DNA of 60,972 bases, counting the filler. It is 4 parts of 4 records of this genome, joined end to end, with 100 filler letters (N's around TTAATTAATTAA, not from the genome) between each part and the next. Parts side by side here need not be neighbours in the genome. Positions count along the whole stretch, not along the records: positions 1 to 30,306 come from SRR31156797_7302; 3 more parts are not named here. One strand, given 5' to 3'. The position numbers were made by a program, and so were the translations under genes. The notes under the pieces were generated by a model. It was not told the DNA's origin. It ran no database searches and saw only the letters and a program-made list of their open reading frames with translations. Numbering within the stretch: the stretch's first letter is position 1; each line of letters starts with the position of its first letter. Of this stretch, positions 12,121-22,209 are shown one piece after another.

Positions 12121-12810
12121 ATGAACGAAAAACAAAAAGCATTTGCTGAAAACTTATACCTGATTCTAGCAGCACTTTTTATGGCTTCGCTGGTAACCAG
12201 CAACCTGATATTTCAGAAATTTTTTACCTGGAACCCTTTAGGACTGTATGAATTTCAGCTTTCTGTAGGGATTATCGCTTACCCTGTTACATTTTTAGTG
12301 ACCGATATTATTTCAGAGGTTTATGGCCGCAAAAGAGCAAATCGCGTGGTTTTGGCCGGACTTTTTGCAAGTGCTTTCATGCTGCTGATTGTAATTGTGT
12401 CGTCATGGGCAAAGGCCACAGAATGGTCACCTGTGGACGACCAGGAGTTTAAGAAAGTCTTTGGTTTTACCTTTATCGCAGTTGCAGCATCTATGGCTGC
12501 TTACCTGTTGGCACAATTTGTCGACGTTCAGGTTTTTCATTTCTGGAAAAGGGTAACCAACGGCAAACACCTCTGGTTTCGAAATAATGCATCAACATTT
12601 TTGTCGCAGTTTATCGATACGTTTACAGTACTATTTCTACTTTGTAGTTTCAATGTAATCGATTGGAACTTGTTTTGGGGATTGCTTATAAATGGATTTC
12701 TTTTTAAAGTATTATTTGCCGCTGCGGATACACCAGTTATATATTTGCTCATTTGGTTTATCCGAAAAAAGCTTGGTTTGAAAGGGCATGGCGCCGAGGT
12801 AAAATTGTGA
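12121..12810 (+). CDS. yhhQ: Queuosine precursor transporter (YhhQ/VUT family)
   Basis: YPVTFLVTDIISEVYG, ASMAAYLLAQFVDV, LWFRNNASTxxSQxIDT, DTP. Confidence 0.88.
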   Translation: MNEKQKAFAENLYLILAALFMASLVTSNLIFQKFFTWNPLGLYEFQLSVGIIAYPVTFLVTDIISEVYGRKRANRVVLAGLFASAFMLLIVIVSSWAKATEWSPVDDQEFKKVFGFTFIAVAASMAAYLLAQFVDVQVFHFWKRVTNGKHLWFRNNASTFLSQFIDTFTVLFLLCSFNVIDWNLFWGLLINGFLFKVLFAAADTPVIYLLIWFIRKKLGLKGHGAEVKL

Positions 12811-12934
12811 TTTTTCCCAACATGTATTGTAGCCAATTATTGAATTATAAAATTAACACATTTTTAACAAGGGCTTAACCAACAATAACTTAGGTGAGTT
12901 TGTTTACTACAGGTTAACTTTAAAACCCGCTTAA

Positions 12935-14803
12935 ATGTACAATTATTTACGCCTTCCCTTTTTATTTATTCTATTGTTTTTAGGTGCCGGTGTTTTTGCC
13001 CAGCAGGTAAAAATTCCGGTTGAAGAACTTCCCCCTCGCCCAACAGATTTGCCCATGCAGGTACGGTTATATAAATTAGCCGTGGCAGCACAGGCATATG
13101 ACCGTGATGAGGTAAATTCCATCATAAACCGCTATGGTATATTTGAGCGGAGCGATGGAAAAATCAGTGCGCTTATTCTCCATCCAAGAGAATTGAGGCA
13201 GTCGCCAAAAGGTGTTTTATCCGCGAATAATATTGAAGTATTTCGGGAAGATCCCGAGCAAACGAGCATCTACATCGAACCAGAGAAGATGATCGCTCTT
13301 GCGGAAAATTTGCCTGATGGATATGTTTTGTATCAGGATTTTAATGCTGAACCTCTGAATGAGGGGCCTACACCCCAGGTTCATAATTCAGCCTCCTACA
13401 GTGGTGGTGATGCCCCCGGAGGTGCAGGGATCAGGATTGCCATTATAGATGTGGGTTTTAACGGTATTCAAAATGCTATTGCCAACGGCCGGGCCCCGGC
13501 TGAGTACGATTCAACTGATTATTCAGGATCTGGAGTGTTGAATGGGTCCAGTCATGGTGTTGCCGTTATCGAAACAGTATTTGATCACGCGCCCAATGCT
13601 GAATACTACATTTACAAAGTTGTGAATTCCTCACAATGTATAAGTGCTATTTATAATGCCTGGTTTGATAATGTGGATATCATAAACATGTCGCTGGGCT
13701 ATAGAGGCCTTAGCTGGTACGATGATGATAATGCACTGTGTACGGCCACAAATGCTGTGGCTGATGATGGCATTCTTATTTTTGTTTCTTCAGGAAACAG
13801 CAAGCAGTTGAACTGGCAGGGCAATTTTTCGGATAACGATAGCGACAATTGGCATGGCTGGTCGGGTAATGATGAACTGAATGCCATAACGATTCAGGAT
13901 TCCACGACGTTTAGAGTTGCCTGCACATGGGATCCCAGCCAGGGAACTGATTTTAACGTTTATATTTATAACAGCAACGGAACCCAGGTGTTGGATTCCG
14001 ATGAAATGTCAGGCACCACATTTGAAAGTGTGAACTATTTCAACACGACCGGGAATCCCAGGCAGGTTTCTGTTTCTGTCTACAGAGTATCAGGACCTGC
14101 AGTTGAGTTCCAGGTGCTTTGTCGGACTGACGGCGTTGGGAGCAGTGTGGTAAACGACCAGTTGCAACACCAGGTAGCTGCCAGTTCAATTACTTGGCCG
14201 GCAGCATGTTCAGCCGACAATGTGATCGGTGTTGCCGGTGTTGACCGTCCGGATTTTAACAATCCCCCGGGAACGACGGGCATCAGCACTGTCTACAGCA
14301 GTGAAGGGCCGACCAATGATAATAACCAGGGTGTTGATATTACCGGGGCAACGGTTACAACCATTGGTGGTGGAGGCCAGTTTTTTGGCACCTCGTGTTC
14401 ATCACCTAACGCCGCAGGTGCTTCAGCAGCATTGTGGGCAACACAGCTCAGCCTCAACGCTGATAACCTGAGGTACCTGCTGTATAAAAAAGCAGATATT
14501 TACAAGGACTGGGGGCCTCCTGGCCTTGATTATATATATGGTCACGGTGGATTATATCTCCATGATTTTATCATCAATACAAAATATGTCGACCGGCAGG
14601 TGAATAATCCCTTTGGATATTCATCACGGGTTTTTCAAAGGGTTGATGATGCTTTTAACGCCGTGCCGGCACCACCTGCCGAAGGTGCAGTTATTATTTT
14701 TAGCGGAGATTATCCCGATCCATATGCGCCAAATAATCTGCTCATGGAAAAAAATGTCTTGTTAAAAACACTTGGTGGAGTATCAACATTAGGAAACAAT
14801 TAA
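12935..14803 (+). CDS. Secreted S8 (subtilisin-like) serine peptidase
   Basis: Signal peptide; catalytic triad motifs IAIIDVG, SHGVAV, GTSCSSP; beta-rich insert between the His and Ser motifs. Confidence 0.85.
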   Translation: MYNYLRLPFLFILLFLGAGVFAQQVKIPVEELPPRPTDLPMQVRLYKLAVAAQAYDRDEVNSIINRYGIFERSDGKISALILHPRELRQSPKGVLSANNIEVFREDPEQTSIYIEPEKMIALAENLPDGYVLYQDFNAEPLNEGPTPQVHNSASYSGGDAPGGAGIRIAIIDVGFNGIQNAIANGRAPAEYDSTDYSGSGVLNGSSHGVAVIETVFDHAPNAEYYIYKVVNSSQCISAIYNAWFDNVDIINMSLGYRGLSWYDDDNALCTATNAVADDGILIFVSSGNSKQLNWQGNFSDNDSDNWHGWSGNDELNAITIQDSTTFRVACTWDPSQGTDFNVYIYNSNGTQVLDSDEMSGTTFESVNYFNTTGNPRQVSVSVYRVSGPAVEFQVLCRTDGVGSSVVNDQLQHQVAASSITWPAACSADNVIGVAGVDRPDFNNPPGTTGISTVYSSEGPTNDNNQGVDITGATVTTIGGGGQFFGTSCSSPNAAGASAALWATQLSLNADNLRYLLYKKADIYKDWGPPGLDYIYGHGGLYLHDFIINTKYVDRQVNNPFGYSSRVFQRVDDAFNAVPAPPAEGAVIIFSGDYPDPYAPNNLLMEKNVLLKTLGGVSTLGNN

Positions 14804-14816
14804 AGAATTTAGTCAT

Positions 14817-16577
14817 ATGAAAAACATATACACAACATTAAAAATATTATGCATCGTGCTGTTTATTGGATTTGGCATGAACACTGCATATTCGCAAATC
14901 GGTATCGATAATGATAATCCAAACGAAAATTCATCACTTGATCTGGGGGCTACGGATCGCGGTATGTTGCCCAACCGTTTAACAACTAATGAAAGAATCG
15001 ATGGTCTTCAGGCTAACCTTGGTATGGAAGAACGAGGGCTCTGGGTGTACGACACTGATCAAAACCTGTTCTATTTCTGGGATGGAGACGAATGGGTGGC
15101 CATGTCGTCGGGTTCACTCAGTGGTTCAGGTATGGAAGGTCAGGTAACCCTATGGGGTGCCGGTAATGCAGTAACCGGGACCGATGAATTTTTCTGGGAT
15201 TTTGATTACAAACGATTGGGGATCGGAACAACATTCCCAACTGCGGCATTGCACATCGATAATGATGCCGACGTAGCACTTAAAATTACAAACTCCGGAG
15301 CATGGGCTATTAGTGAATACCTTGTTGGGATCGAACGGACCATAAATCCAATTGGCGGCACCGACTTGCTTCAGCTCAAAGTGCCATTCGGTTCAGATAC
15401 TGATTTCCAGTTTTTGCAATGCAATTATGGTGACACAAAGGTTTTAAAAATCAATGGTAACGGGCATCTGAATGCCTGGACAATCGGAGCTGGAACTGAT
15501 AGTGATTTTGCACGGTTTAACATTAATGACCGGTCGTACGACATTTTGATGAATGTAATCGGTGGTGGTACTCCCAGTGTGATCGATTATATGATCAACT
15601 TTGAGCGGGAGGATGTACCTTATCCAAATATTGATATGGTACGGCTCAAGTTGCCTGAAGGTTCACCCGATGACACCCAGTTCATGGAATTCGAACGTGG
15701 GAATGAGGAACTTATTCAGATCAATGGAAATGGTGACATCGTACTGAAGAATGGGGCAAGTTTTGTTGGCACTCCCAACGGACTGAACCCGAGTAATGTG
15801 GAACTGGATGGCGGCGATGTGATCCTTGATAATGGCCAGGTAACGCTCCAAAGCAATGGCGATTTGCGGGCATGGTTTACTGCTTCACACCAAAGTTCAT
15901 GGATAAATCTGCATAATGATGTTGAGGAACGTACGGTGTATCTCAGGAGCGGAACTGCCAATGGTGGCGGAGCCTTGACCATGTACACCGGCGATGGAAC
16001 CACAACAGTTTCACTTAGCGCTAACAGCAGTGGAGGTGCCTACTTAAATCTCAGAAAAAATGATGGTACTTCTTCCATAACGTTGGATGCAGATTACTCC
16101 GGTACTGGTGACGGGCGCATTACCTGCGATGAGATCAGGCTAAACGGTGGTGCCGATTTTGCCGAATATTTTGATGTAATCCCGACCTCGAAATCCGATG
16201 TCATCGAACCCGGTATGCTGGTTTCCATCAATCCCGATGACCCTGGCAAGTTGATGCCGTGTGCTGATGCGTACGATAAGAAAGTAGCCGGCATCATCAG
16301 TGGTGCAAACGGTGTTAAGCCCGGCCTGATGATGGGGCAGGATATGTCCATTGCCTCAGGCGATCACCCTGTTGCACTTTCAGGTAGGGTATACGTAAAA
16401 GCCACCAATCTTAACGGTGATATTGAGCCGGGTGATTTTCTCACCTCTTCGTCAAGAAGCGGGTATGCCATGAAAGTAAAGAAAATGAAGAAAGCCAAAG
16501 GCGCCATAATCGGAAAAGCCATGACAGAATTGAATGCTCCGGAAGGTTATGTGTTGGTTCTGGTTTCGCTACAATAA
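14817..16577 (+). CDS. Secreted fibre/spike-like protein with putative C-terminal intramolecular chaperone domain
   Basis: Signal peptide; GIDNDNP..SLD..GML.RL..GLWVYDTD N-domain; RLGIGTxxP; C-terminal GGADFAEYF...PVALSGRVYVK...PGDFLTSS...GKAM. Confidence 0.6.
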   Translation: MKNIYTTLKILCIVLFIGFGMNTAYSQIGIDNDNPNENSSLDLGATDRGMLPNRLTTNERIDGLQANLGMEERGLWVYDTDQNLFYFWDGDEWVAMSSGSLSGSGMEGQVTLWGAGNAVTGTDEFFWDFDYKRLGIGTTFPTAALHIDNDADVALKITNSGAWAISEYLVGIERTINPIGGTDLLQLKVPFGSDTDFQFLQCNYGDTKVLKINGNGHLNAWTIGAGTDSDFARFNINDRSYDILMNVIGGGTPSVIDYMINFEREDVPYPNIDMVRLKLPEGSPDDTQFMEFERGNEELIQINGNGDIVLKNGASFVGTPNGLNPSNVELDGGDVILDNGQVTLQSNGDLRAWFTASHQSSWINLHNDVEERTVYLRSGTANGGGALTMYTGDGTTTVSLSANSSGGAYLNLRKNDGTSSITLDADYSGTGDGRITCDEIRLNGGADFAEYFDVIPTSKSDVIEPGMLVSINPDDPGKLMPCADAYDKKVAGIISGANGVKPGLMMGQDMSIASGDHPVALSGRVYVKATNLNGDIEPGDFLTSSSRSGYAMKVKKMKKAKGAIIGKAMTELNAPEGYVLVLVSLQ

Positions 16578-16589
16578 AATACTGATGAT

Positions 16590-18656
16590 ATGAAGAAGTT
16601 GAAATGGATAATTTTAATTGTGATCCTTGGTGCTATCCTGCCCCACGGATTTGCCCAGAATATCGTATTTGGTGGAAGTAGTGTAAACATTACTCAAAAT
16701 ACTGAGCTACACGTTCCCGGTGATGTGTCCTTCATTGCGGAAACCGAATTTCACAATGATGGAGATGTGTTTGTTGGTGGTGACTGGAATAATCTGTCAA
16801 CCTCCCAACTTGAATTACAGGGTGGATCGGGAACTGTAATTTTTAACGGGCTTACATCCCAGATGATAGGTGGGAACGAAAGAAGTTTGTTCTCCCATGT
16901 CGATCTTCAGCGGCATGTAATTTTGGATATAGAAACACAAATATACGGCAGCCTTATACTTGGCCCGGCCATATTAACCCTCAATAATAGCAACCTGTTT
17001 ATGATGCCCGGATCTGAAATTTCAGGGGCCAATGATCAGGGGTTTATTGATGCATCTTCTGATGGGTTTTTAATCCGTCCGGTTGCCAATCAGGAAGTCT
17101 TGTTTCCCGTCGGCAGTTCAACCGATTATCTGCCCGCTACGATCCAGAATCAGGGTGTTGCGGATAATTATGGGCTACGGGTTTTACCTGATGTGCTTTC
17201 AGGAGGTAATACAGGGGCATCAATTCCCGAAATTGATGACTGTGTGGTGAATACATGGTATTTTATCGAAGAGGAATCCGGCGGATCAATGCTCAATCTT
17301 AATCTGCAATGGGACGAATCTATGGAAGGTCCTGATTTCACACGGAGTTTAAGTGCTGTTGGCCATCATACCGGTGGTGCGTGGGTACCAACCGAACCAT
17401 CAAATGCTTCCGGTTCCGGGCCATGGCATCAACAATTAGCAGGCATTACCCAACCAGGTGCTTTTGCAGTTGGTGATACGGAATCACCCATGGCTGTTAC
17501 CATCCAGTATGATGAACAGGAAATTACAATAACAGAAGGCTGGTCAGGTATTTCCTCTTACCTTGATCCGGTCAATCCTGAGTTTGATGCCGTCTTTTCT
17601 GAAGTGATAGATGAAATCGGGATCGTGCAGGACCTCTTTGGGGTTTACTGGCCATCACAGGGAATCAATACCCTTGGAACCTGGGATAGCCATTCAGGCT
17701 ATCAGGTAAAAATGAGTGGTGAGGTTGTGATTGATTTTGCCGGAACCCCCCTGGTGAACACCACGCTTAGCCTGGATGCCGGATGGAACTTATTCCCGAT
17801 TCTCATCAATTGTAAATCAGAGCCTTCTGAATTATTTGCCGGCACGTCTGCAGTAATCATTCGTGAGGTTGCCGGAACCGGAATTTACTGGCCGGAGTTT
17901 AACATCAATACCCTTGAATTTCTTTTCCCGGGAAGTGCATACATGGCCTACATGGAATCTGCAGAGGATATTCCTTTTCCCGGATGCAAAAAGGCCGGAT
18001 TATATGATGATGTTATTGAGTTTCGTAAAAAAATTATTGACCCGCTCTCCGGAAACGAAATTGTAAAGACCAACCTTCAGCATACCATTGCCATTGAATC
18101 TGCTGTATTTGATGAAGCCGGATTCGCTCAGGGAGATATACTGATGGCTGTTTCTGATAGCGGAACATGCTTTGGCAGCGTGCAGTGGGAGGGGGGCAAT
18201 GCATCCCTTACCTTATTTGGTGACGATCTCACCACCAGGCATGTTGATGGATTTTTGTCTGATGAACAAATTTGGTTTAAGCATGTGAGCAGTCACACAA
18301 AGCAAATTTCACTGCTCACTCCAGAGTTTGATCTGAGGTTTGGCAGCCATAACGGACTATTCCAGAGCAATGGAATTTCGGCGATAACCGGATTTAAATC
18401 CACGGGGATATCAAATTCGGATTATTCAGATGATATCACAATTTATCCCAACCCTGCTGATGAAACAGTTTGGATTCGGGGTGGCATTGAGCATGCTACC
18501 GTCAGCATTCTGGACCTTCAGGGATTCTTAAGGGTTGAAAAACAGGTAAGTGGTATCGAAAACATTGTTTCTGTAAAAGCCTTAACACCGGGAATTTACA
18601 TCATTGAGATTGTTGAAAATGGTGTTGTAAAAAGAGAACGGTTGATTATAAAATAG
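16590..18656 (+). CDS. T9SS type A sorting-domain protein
   Basis: Signal peptide; C-terminal IYPNPA...LTPGIYII...RLIIK; LxxGWN repeats. Confidence 0.85.
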   Translation: MKKLKWIILIVILGAILPHGFAQNIVFGGSSVNITQNTELHVPGDVSFIAETEFHNDGDVFVGGDWNNLSTSQLELQGGSGTVIFNGLTSQMIGGNERSLFSHVDLQRHVILDIETQIYGSLILGPAILTLNNSNLFMMPGSEISGANDQGFIDASSDGFLIRPVANQEVLFPVGSSTDYLPATIQNQGVADNYGLRVLPDVLSGGNTGASIPEIDDCVVNTWYFIEEESGGSMLNLNLQWDESMEGPDFTRSLSAVGHHTGGAWVPTEPSNASGSGPWHQQLAGITQPGAFAVGDTESPMAVTIQYDEQEITITEGWSGISSYLDPVNPEFDAVFSEVIDEIGIVQDLFGVYWPSQGINTLGTWDSHSGYQVKMSGEVVIDFAGTPLVNTTLSLDAGWNLFPILINCKSEPSELFAGTSAVIIREVAGTGIYWPEFNINTLEFLFPGSAYMAYMESAEDIPFPGCKKAGLYDDVIEFRKKIIDPLSGNEIVKTNLQHTIAIESAVFDEAGFAQGDILMAVSDSGTCFGSVQWEGGNASLTLFGDDLTTRHVDGFLSDEQIWFKHVSSHTKQISLLTPEFDLRFGSHNGLFQSNGISAITGFKSTGISNSDYSDDITIYPNPADETVWIRGGIEHATVSILDLQGFLRVEKQVSGIENIVSVKALTPGIYIIEIVENGVVKRERLIIK

Positions 18657-18855
18657 AACCAAAGGGATTGTCTAATTTTTAAAAGCGTAAATAAGTGTTA
18701 TCATAGGATGCACTTGTTTATGCATTTTTTTGTTTTTGGAAATAGATGAAGCAAAGATGTTGGTGCTCAGCATCATTATGAAAGCCACAGAGAATTTCGA
18801 GCCAGGATTTATATTTGGCAAGGTGCAGCGCATCGGAATATTATTTTATGTCCAT

Positions 18856-19923
18856 TCAGTCTTTTCCTATTGTTTTCATCCGCTTCAGCATGTCAGGTGT
18901 AAGCGCCTGGTATTCAAAAAACGCAACCCCATTTGCACCTCCATCAACTGCAGCCTGAATGGCCGCTTCAAGTTCATCTGGGTCCTTTAATGCCGGTAAA
19001 TACAGTCCGGCGATGATCTTTTGACCCTTTGTTATTACCGATTTATTTTCTCTGGTCACAGATCTGATCCAGTCTGTCTCTTCATTGTAAAAGTTGTGAT
19101 AAACCATGGGGAAATACTGGTCAAGGTCCCAGGTGTTCCATTCTTGTCTTACCATCTCCCTTGCCATTGATGGGGTAGGGAATACAGCGGCTGTAGCTTC
19201 CAAACCCTGACCATGAATATGATCCCGTAACTCACGCACAGTTTTGTTGAGTTCGTTTAAGCGAAATTGTAGCCAGCCGACATCAGTGGCCGGATTGGGC
19301 AGGTCAAAAGGATTGATGCCGGTTTTTTCCTGATATAGATCAACCATGTAAGGATGATAACCGTAATCGAATTCAGGGAAAACACTGTCCTGTTGCAGGC
19401 CATATTTGGGTTGCAGCCCAACAGGTAAAATGGCATCAACATACCTGATATAATCCATATGGATTCCGTCAAGGCCATCAATGGTTGACAGTTCATCAAT
19501 TTTTGATTTCAGGAAATCTTTGACTTCCGGCAGCGCCGGGCACATAAATTTGTAATAATTCACATAGGCTTTTTCCTTAGCCAGTGAATTGCCCAATTGG
19601 TTCACACTTAGCCATGAAGAATCTGCGTCACCACGATTCATCGTCCACATCCAGGCATGCACCTCAATGCCGTATTTTTTGGCTTCCGGAATTGCGGTTT
19701 TTAAAACTTCGATATTCGAACCGATCAGGACTCCGGTAAATCCGGCGCCTGAAAGGTTTTCAAAATCTGCATTCCAGTCAGCTGCGGACTTATTGACATC
19801 AGGATGCATCCAAGCCCAAAGTTCAAATGTATTTTTATCATTTGGTATTTTACAGGCAGTGATCATCACAATCAGCAAAAACAATGCGGTTGCAGCCGAA
19901 ATATTTCTGGTTATTCTTTCCAT
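18856..19923 (-). CDS. Glycoside hydrolase-like (GHL10/DUF187-type TIM barrel) lipoprotein
   Basis: Lipobox ITAC; GIEVHAW, DGIHMDYIRY, VRQEW, PMVYH. Confidence 0.75.
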   Translation of the reverse strand: MERITRNISAATALFLLIVMITACKIPNDKNTFELWAWMHPDVNKSAADWNADFENLSGAGFTGVLIGSNIEVLKTAIPEAKKYGIEVHAWMWTMNRGDADSSWLSVNQLGNSLAKEKAYVNYYKFMCPALPEVKDFLKSKIDELSTIDGLDGIHMDYIRYVDAILPVGLQPKYGLQQDSVFPEFDYGYHPYMVDLYQEKTGINPFDLPNPATDVGWLQFRLNELNKTVRELRDHIHGQGLEATAAVFPTPSMAREMVRQEWNTWDLDQYFPMVYHNFYNEETDWIRSVTRENKSVITKGQKIIAGLYLPALKDPDELEAAIQAAVDGGANGVAFFEYQALTPDMLKRMKTIGKD

Positions 19924-20969
19924 ATTCTTTTTTGATGATCGATGTACAGGATTTCACCATTGGCCTGCCGGGATGAAATCAGAAACTGACGGCTGGTGGC
20001 TTCAATAAATATATCAGCCGCAGATTGCCGTCCCTGTTTGTTGAGTTCAAAAAGGCTTGTGGCATAGCGCTTATTCTTTTTATAAAATACTTTTTGTTGA
20101 TGATAAAGTGCCAATAAAATTTCTTTGGTTTCGAAATCCGGATCCAGTTGTTCTACTGAAATTTCCATATCACTGAACTCATCCACAAACAAAATGTATC
20201 CCCACTTTTCAGGGACATGCATATTGATCACGCCTTGCGGTGACCATACCCAGTTGTCTTCCCGAAATGGTTTTCCGGTTTCCGGGTTCAATTTCTTTAT
20301 GTATGCCCCATCCTTAACTTCTGTTTCCCACTGTACACGCGAAAAATTCATGCGCCAAACCTCTCCGGGTTTTGGTGGCCTTTTTTTTGGTGTAAAAATC
20401 AGCATCGATTTCCACGGGATGGCCATTTCAACCTGCCATTTTTTGTCAGTGTCTTCAGGATCGTTGATTGTTCCTTCAATCTGAACTGCCGTTTCGAGGC
20501 CCGCAATATCCCAGCCAATAAGCGGCTTCCCACCGGTATTGTAAGGCCGGTTCATGAAAAGATCAAATTCCGTCCCGAATGCATTTATCTCCAATTCAAA
20601 ATAATTATGGTTGTCGCCATCCGGATCAACAAAAACCTCAAAGTCATTGTCATAAAAAATGATATCATCGCGGTTATTTAGCTTTGCCCAAACGTGTGGT
20701 TCTTCCAGTTCGGCTAAAATGTACAATGCCTTTTCATCCCACAGCATCTTAAAACGTGTCCGGAATTCAGGGAGTGGTTTGGAGTCGCCTTCAATATCTA
20801 CAAAATTTTCAGACCAGGGTGCTTCCTGCCAAACATGCTCATTGGCAAGGCCGTCAATTTCAATATCATCAGTTATGCTCGGTGATTGATAAATTTTAGG
20901 CGTGTTTTCCTGCCCCAATACAACCATTGAAAAGAAAATAGGAAATACAAAAATGTAAACATGTTTCAT
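19911..20969 (-). CDS. Carbohydrate-binding family 9-like protein
   Basis: IDGxxxExxW, MLWD, FYDNDFEVFVDP, WRMNFSRVQW, NWVWSPQG; start set at MKHVYIF. Confidence 0.8.
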   Translation of the reverse strand: MKHVYIFVFPIFFSMVVLGQENTPKIYQSPSITDDIEIDGLANEHVWQEAPWSENFVDIEGDSKPLPEFRTRFKMLWDEKALYILAELEEPHVWAKLNNRDDIIFYDNDFEVFVDPDGDNHNYFELEINAFGTEFDLFMNRPYNTGGKPLIGWDIAGLETAVQIEGTINDPEDTDKKWQVEMAIPWKSMLIFTPKKRPPKPGEVWRMNFSRVQWETEVKDGAYIKKLNPETGKPFREDNWVWSPQGVINMHVPEKWGYILFVDEFSDMEISVEQLDPDFETKEILLALYHQQKVFYKKNKRYATSLFELNKQGRQSAADIFIEATSRQFLISSRQANGEILYIDHQKRIWKE

Positions 20970-21162
20970 CACAAGATAATGTTGCCAATTATATTTAAAC
21001 GCTTGGTAATGCAAATGAACGACATTTTATCCTTAATTTTTCGTGAACCCAAAATTCGTTGTCTGATGTTGTTTCCAATTTGTTTTTAAGAATCCGATCA
21101 GCTTTAATGTGCTAATGGTAGCTTGCTTTTTCCTAAATTTTAAACCAAATGGTTTTAAATTA

Positions 21163-21465
21163 TTATTCCTGGTCTTGTTTAAATTCTCTGAAATATTCAT
21201 TGATTGTATTGAAGTAGGATTCATAAGCTTCGATACCCTTCTCGGTTATGCTGCAGGTTGTTAACGGATAGTTTCCCTTGAAGGATTTTTTAACCTGGAT
21301 ATACCCGACATCTTTTAATTTGGTCATCTGAAAGCTCAGGTTGCCCTTGCTGGTGGGGATGTGCTCAAGCAGGTAGCTAAATCCGGCATTTTTTACCCCG
21401 ATAAGGATCGACATGATTGCCAACCTAACCTGTGCATGTAAAATGGGGTCTAAATTCCTGAACAT
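21163..21465 (-). CDS. Winged-helix transcriptional regulator (HTH_34/ArsR-like)
   Basis: LDPILHAQVRLAIMSIL...GNLS...KL...GYI...KSF. Confidence 0.85.
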   Translation of the reverse strand: MFRNLDPILHAQVRLAIMSILIGVKNAGFSYLLEHIPTSKGNLSFQMTKLKDVGYIQVKKSFKGNYPLTTCSITEKGIEAYESYFNTINEYFREFKQDQE

Positions 21466-21467
21466 AA

Positions 21468-22082
21468 TTATGATCGTTCGCGGTTGTGGTAGAGGATATG
21501 TCCAGGGACAATAAAAGCGATCACCCAGGCTGCAGATTCCACCAGCAATTGTTCAGGCAGGTGGAGGTATGAGGCTGTAAATGCCAAAAGCCCAAACACG
21601 ATGCCGCCTGCAATAATCAACCTGTGGCGTAAAATTCCACCAGTTACTGTAACTGCAAAAGCCATAAGCACCATAAACAGCGGGTGCTGAAGTTCAAAGT
21701 TAATTTCATGCAGTACATTAAACTGGATGAGATTGACCAGGCTCATGCTGACAAACAACGAACCCCAGACATACCTGAGCGAAACCCCAATGTAGGTTTG
21801 TACTTTTTTTCTTTGTTTTACCAGGTAGATTATGCTTATCACAAATGCAGCTACCGGAAATACAATTCCCAGGATTTCCAGCGATCTTTCCAAAGCAAAT
21901 GACAGTAGCATACTTCGCGTGATATATCCCGATAGCGAAATGTAAAATAAAACCCATCCCCACATGACGAACAGAATTCCATCCTGGTTGATCTTATTTC
22001 TGGAAACCTGTATCATCTCCCTGATGATATCAAACGACCGGACTTCGTTGAGCCTTTCTGAATTATTGTTGTTCGATTCCAT
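21468..22082 (-). CDS. Multi-pass membrane protein co-transcribed with the regulator
   Basis: About 6 TM helices; S..II.EMI N-terminus and IVPG C-terminus; 2 nt gap to the HTH gene. Confidence 0.7.
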   Translation of the reverse strand: MESNNNNSERLNEVRSFDIIREMIQVSRNKINQDGILFVMWGWVLFYISLSGYITRSMLLSFALERSLEILGIVFPVAAFVISIIYLVKQRKKVQTYIGVSLRYVWGSLFVSMSLVNLIQFNVLHEINFELQHPLFMVLMAFAVTVTGGILRHRLIIAGGIVFGLLAFTASYLHLPEQLLVESAAWVIAFIVPGHILYHNRERS

Positions 22083-22107
22083 ATTTTTTGTTTAAAATAT
22101 TAAACTG

Positions 22108-22145
22108 GTTTGAAATACAAACTTAATTTAGTTTGTGATACAAAC
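22108..22145. promoter_or_regulatory. Two palindromic GTTTG-N5-CAAAC boxes, putative operator
   Basis: GTTTGAAATACAAAC (22108-22122) and GTTTGTGATACAAAC (22131-22145), just upstream of the membrane protein/HTH operon. Confidence 0.55.
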
Positions 22146-22209
22146 CAAATTATTTTGTTGATTATTTTATTGAGGTGTTTAATTTGGGCTTGCTGATAAG
22201 CTCAGAATG

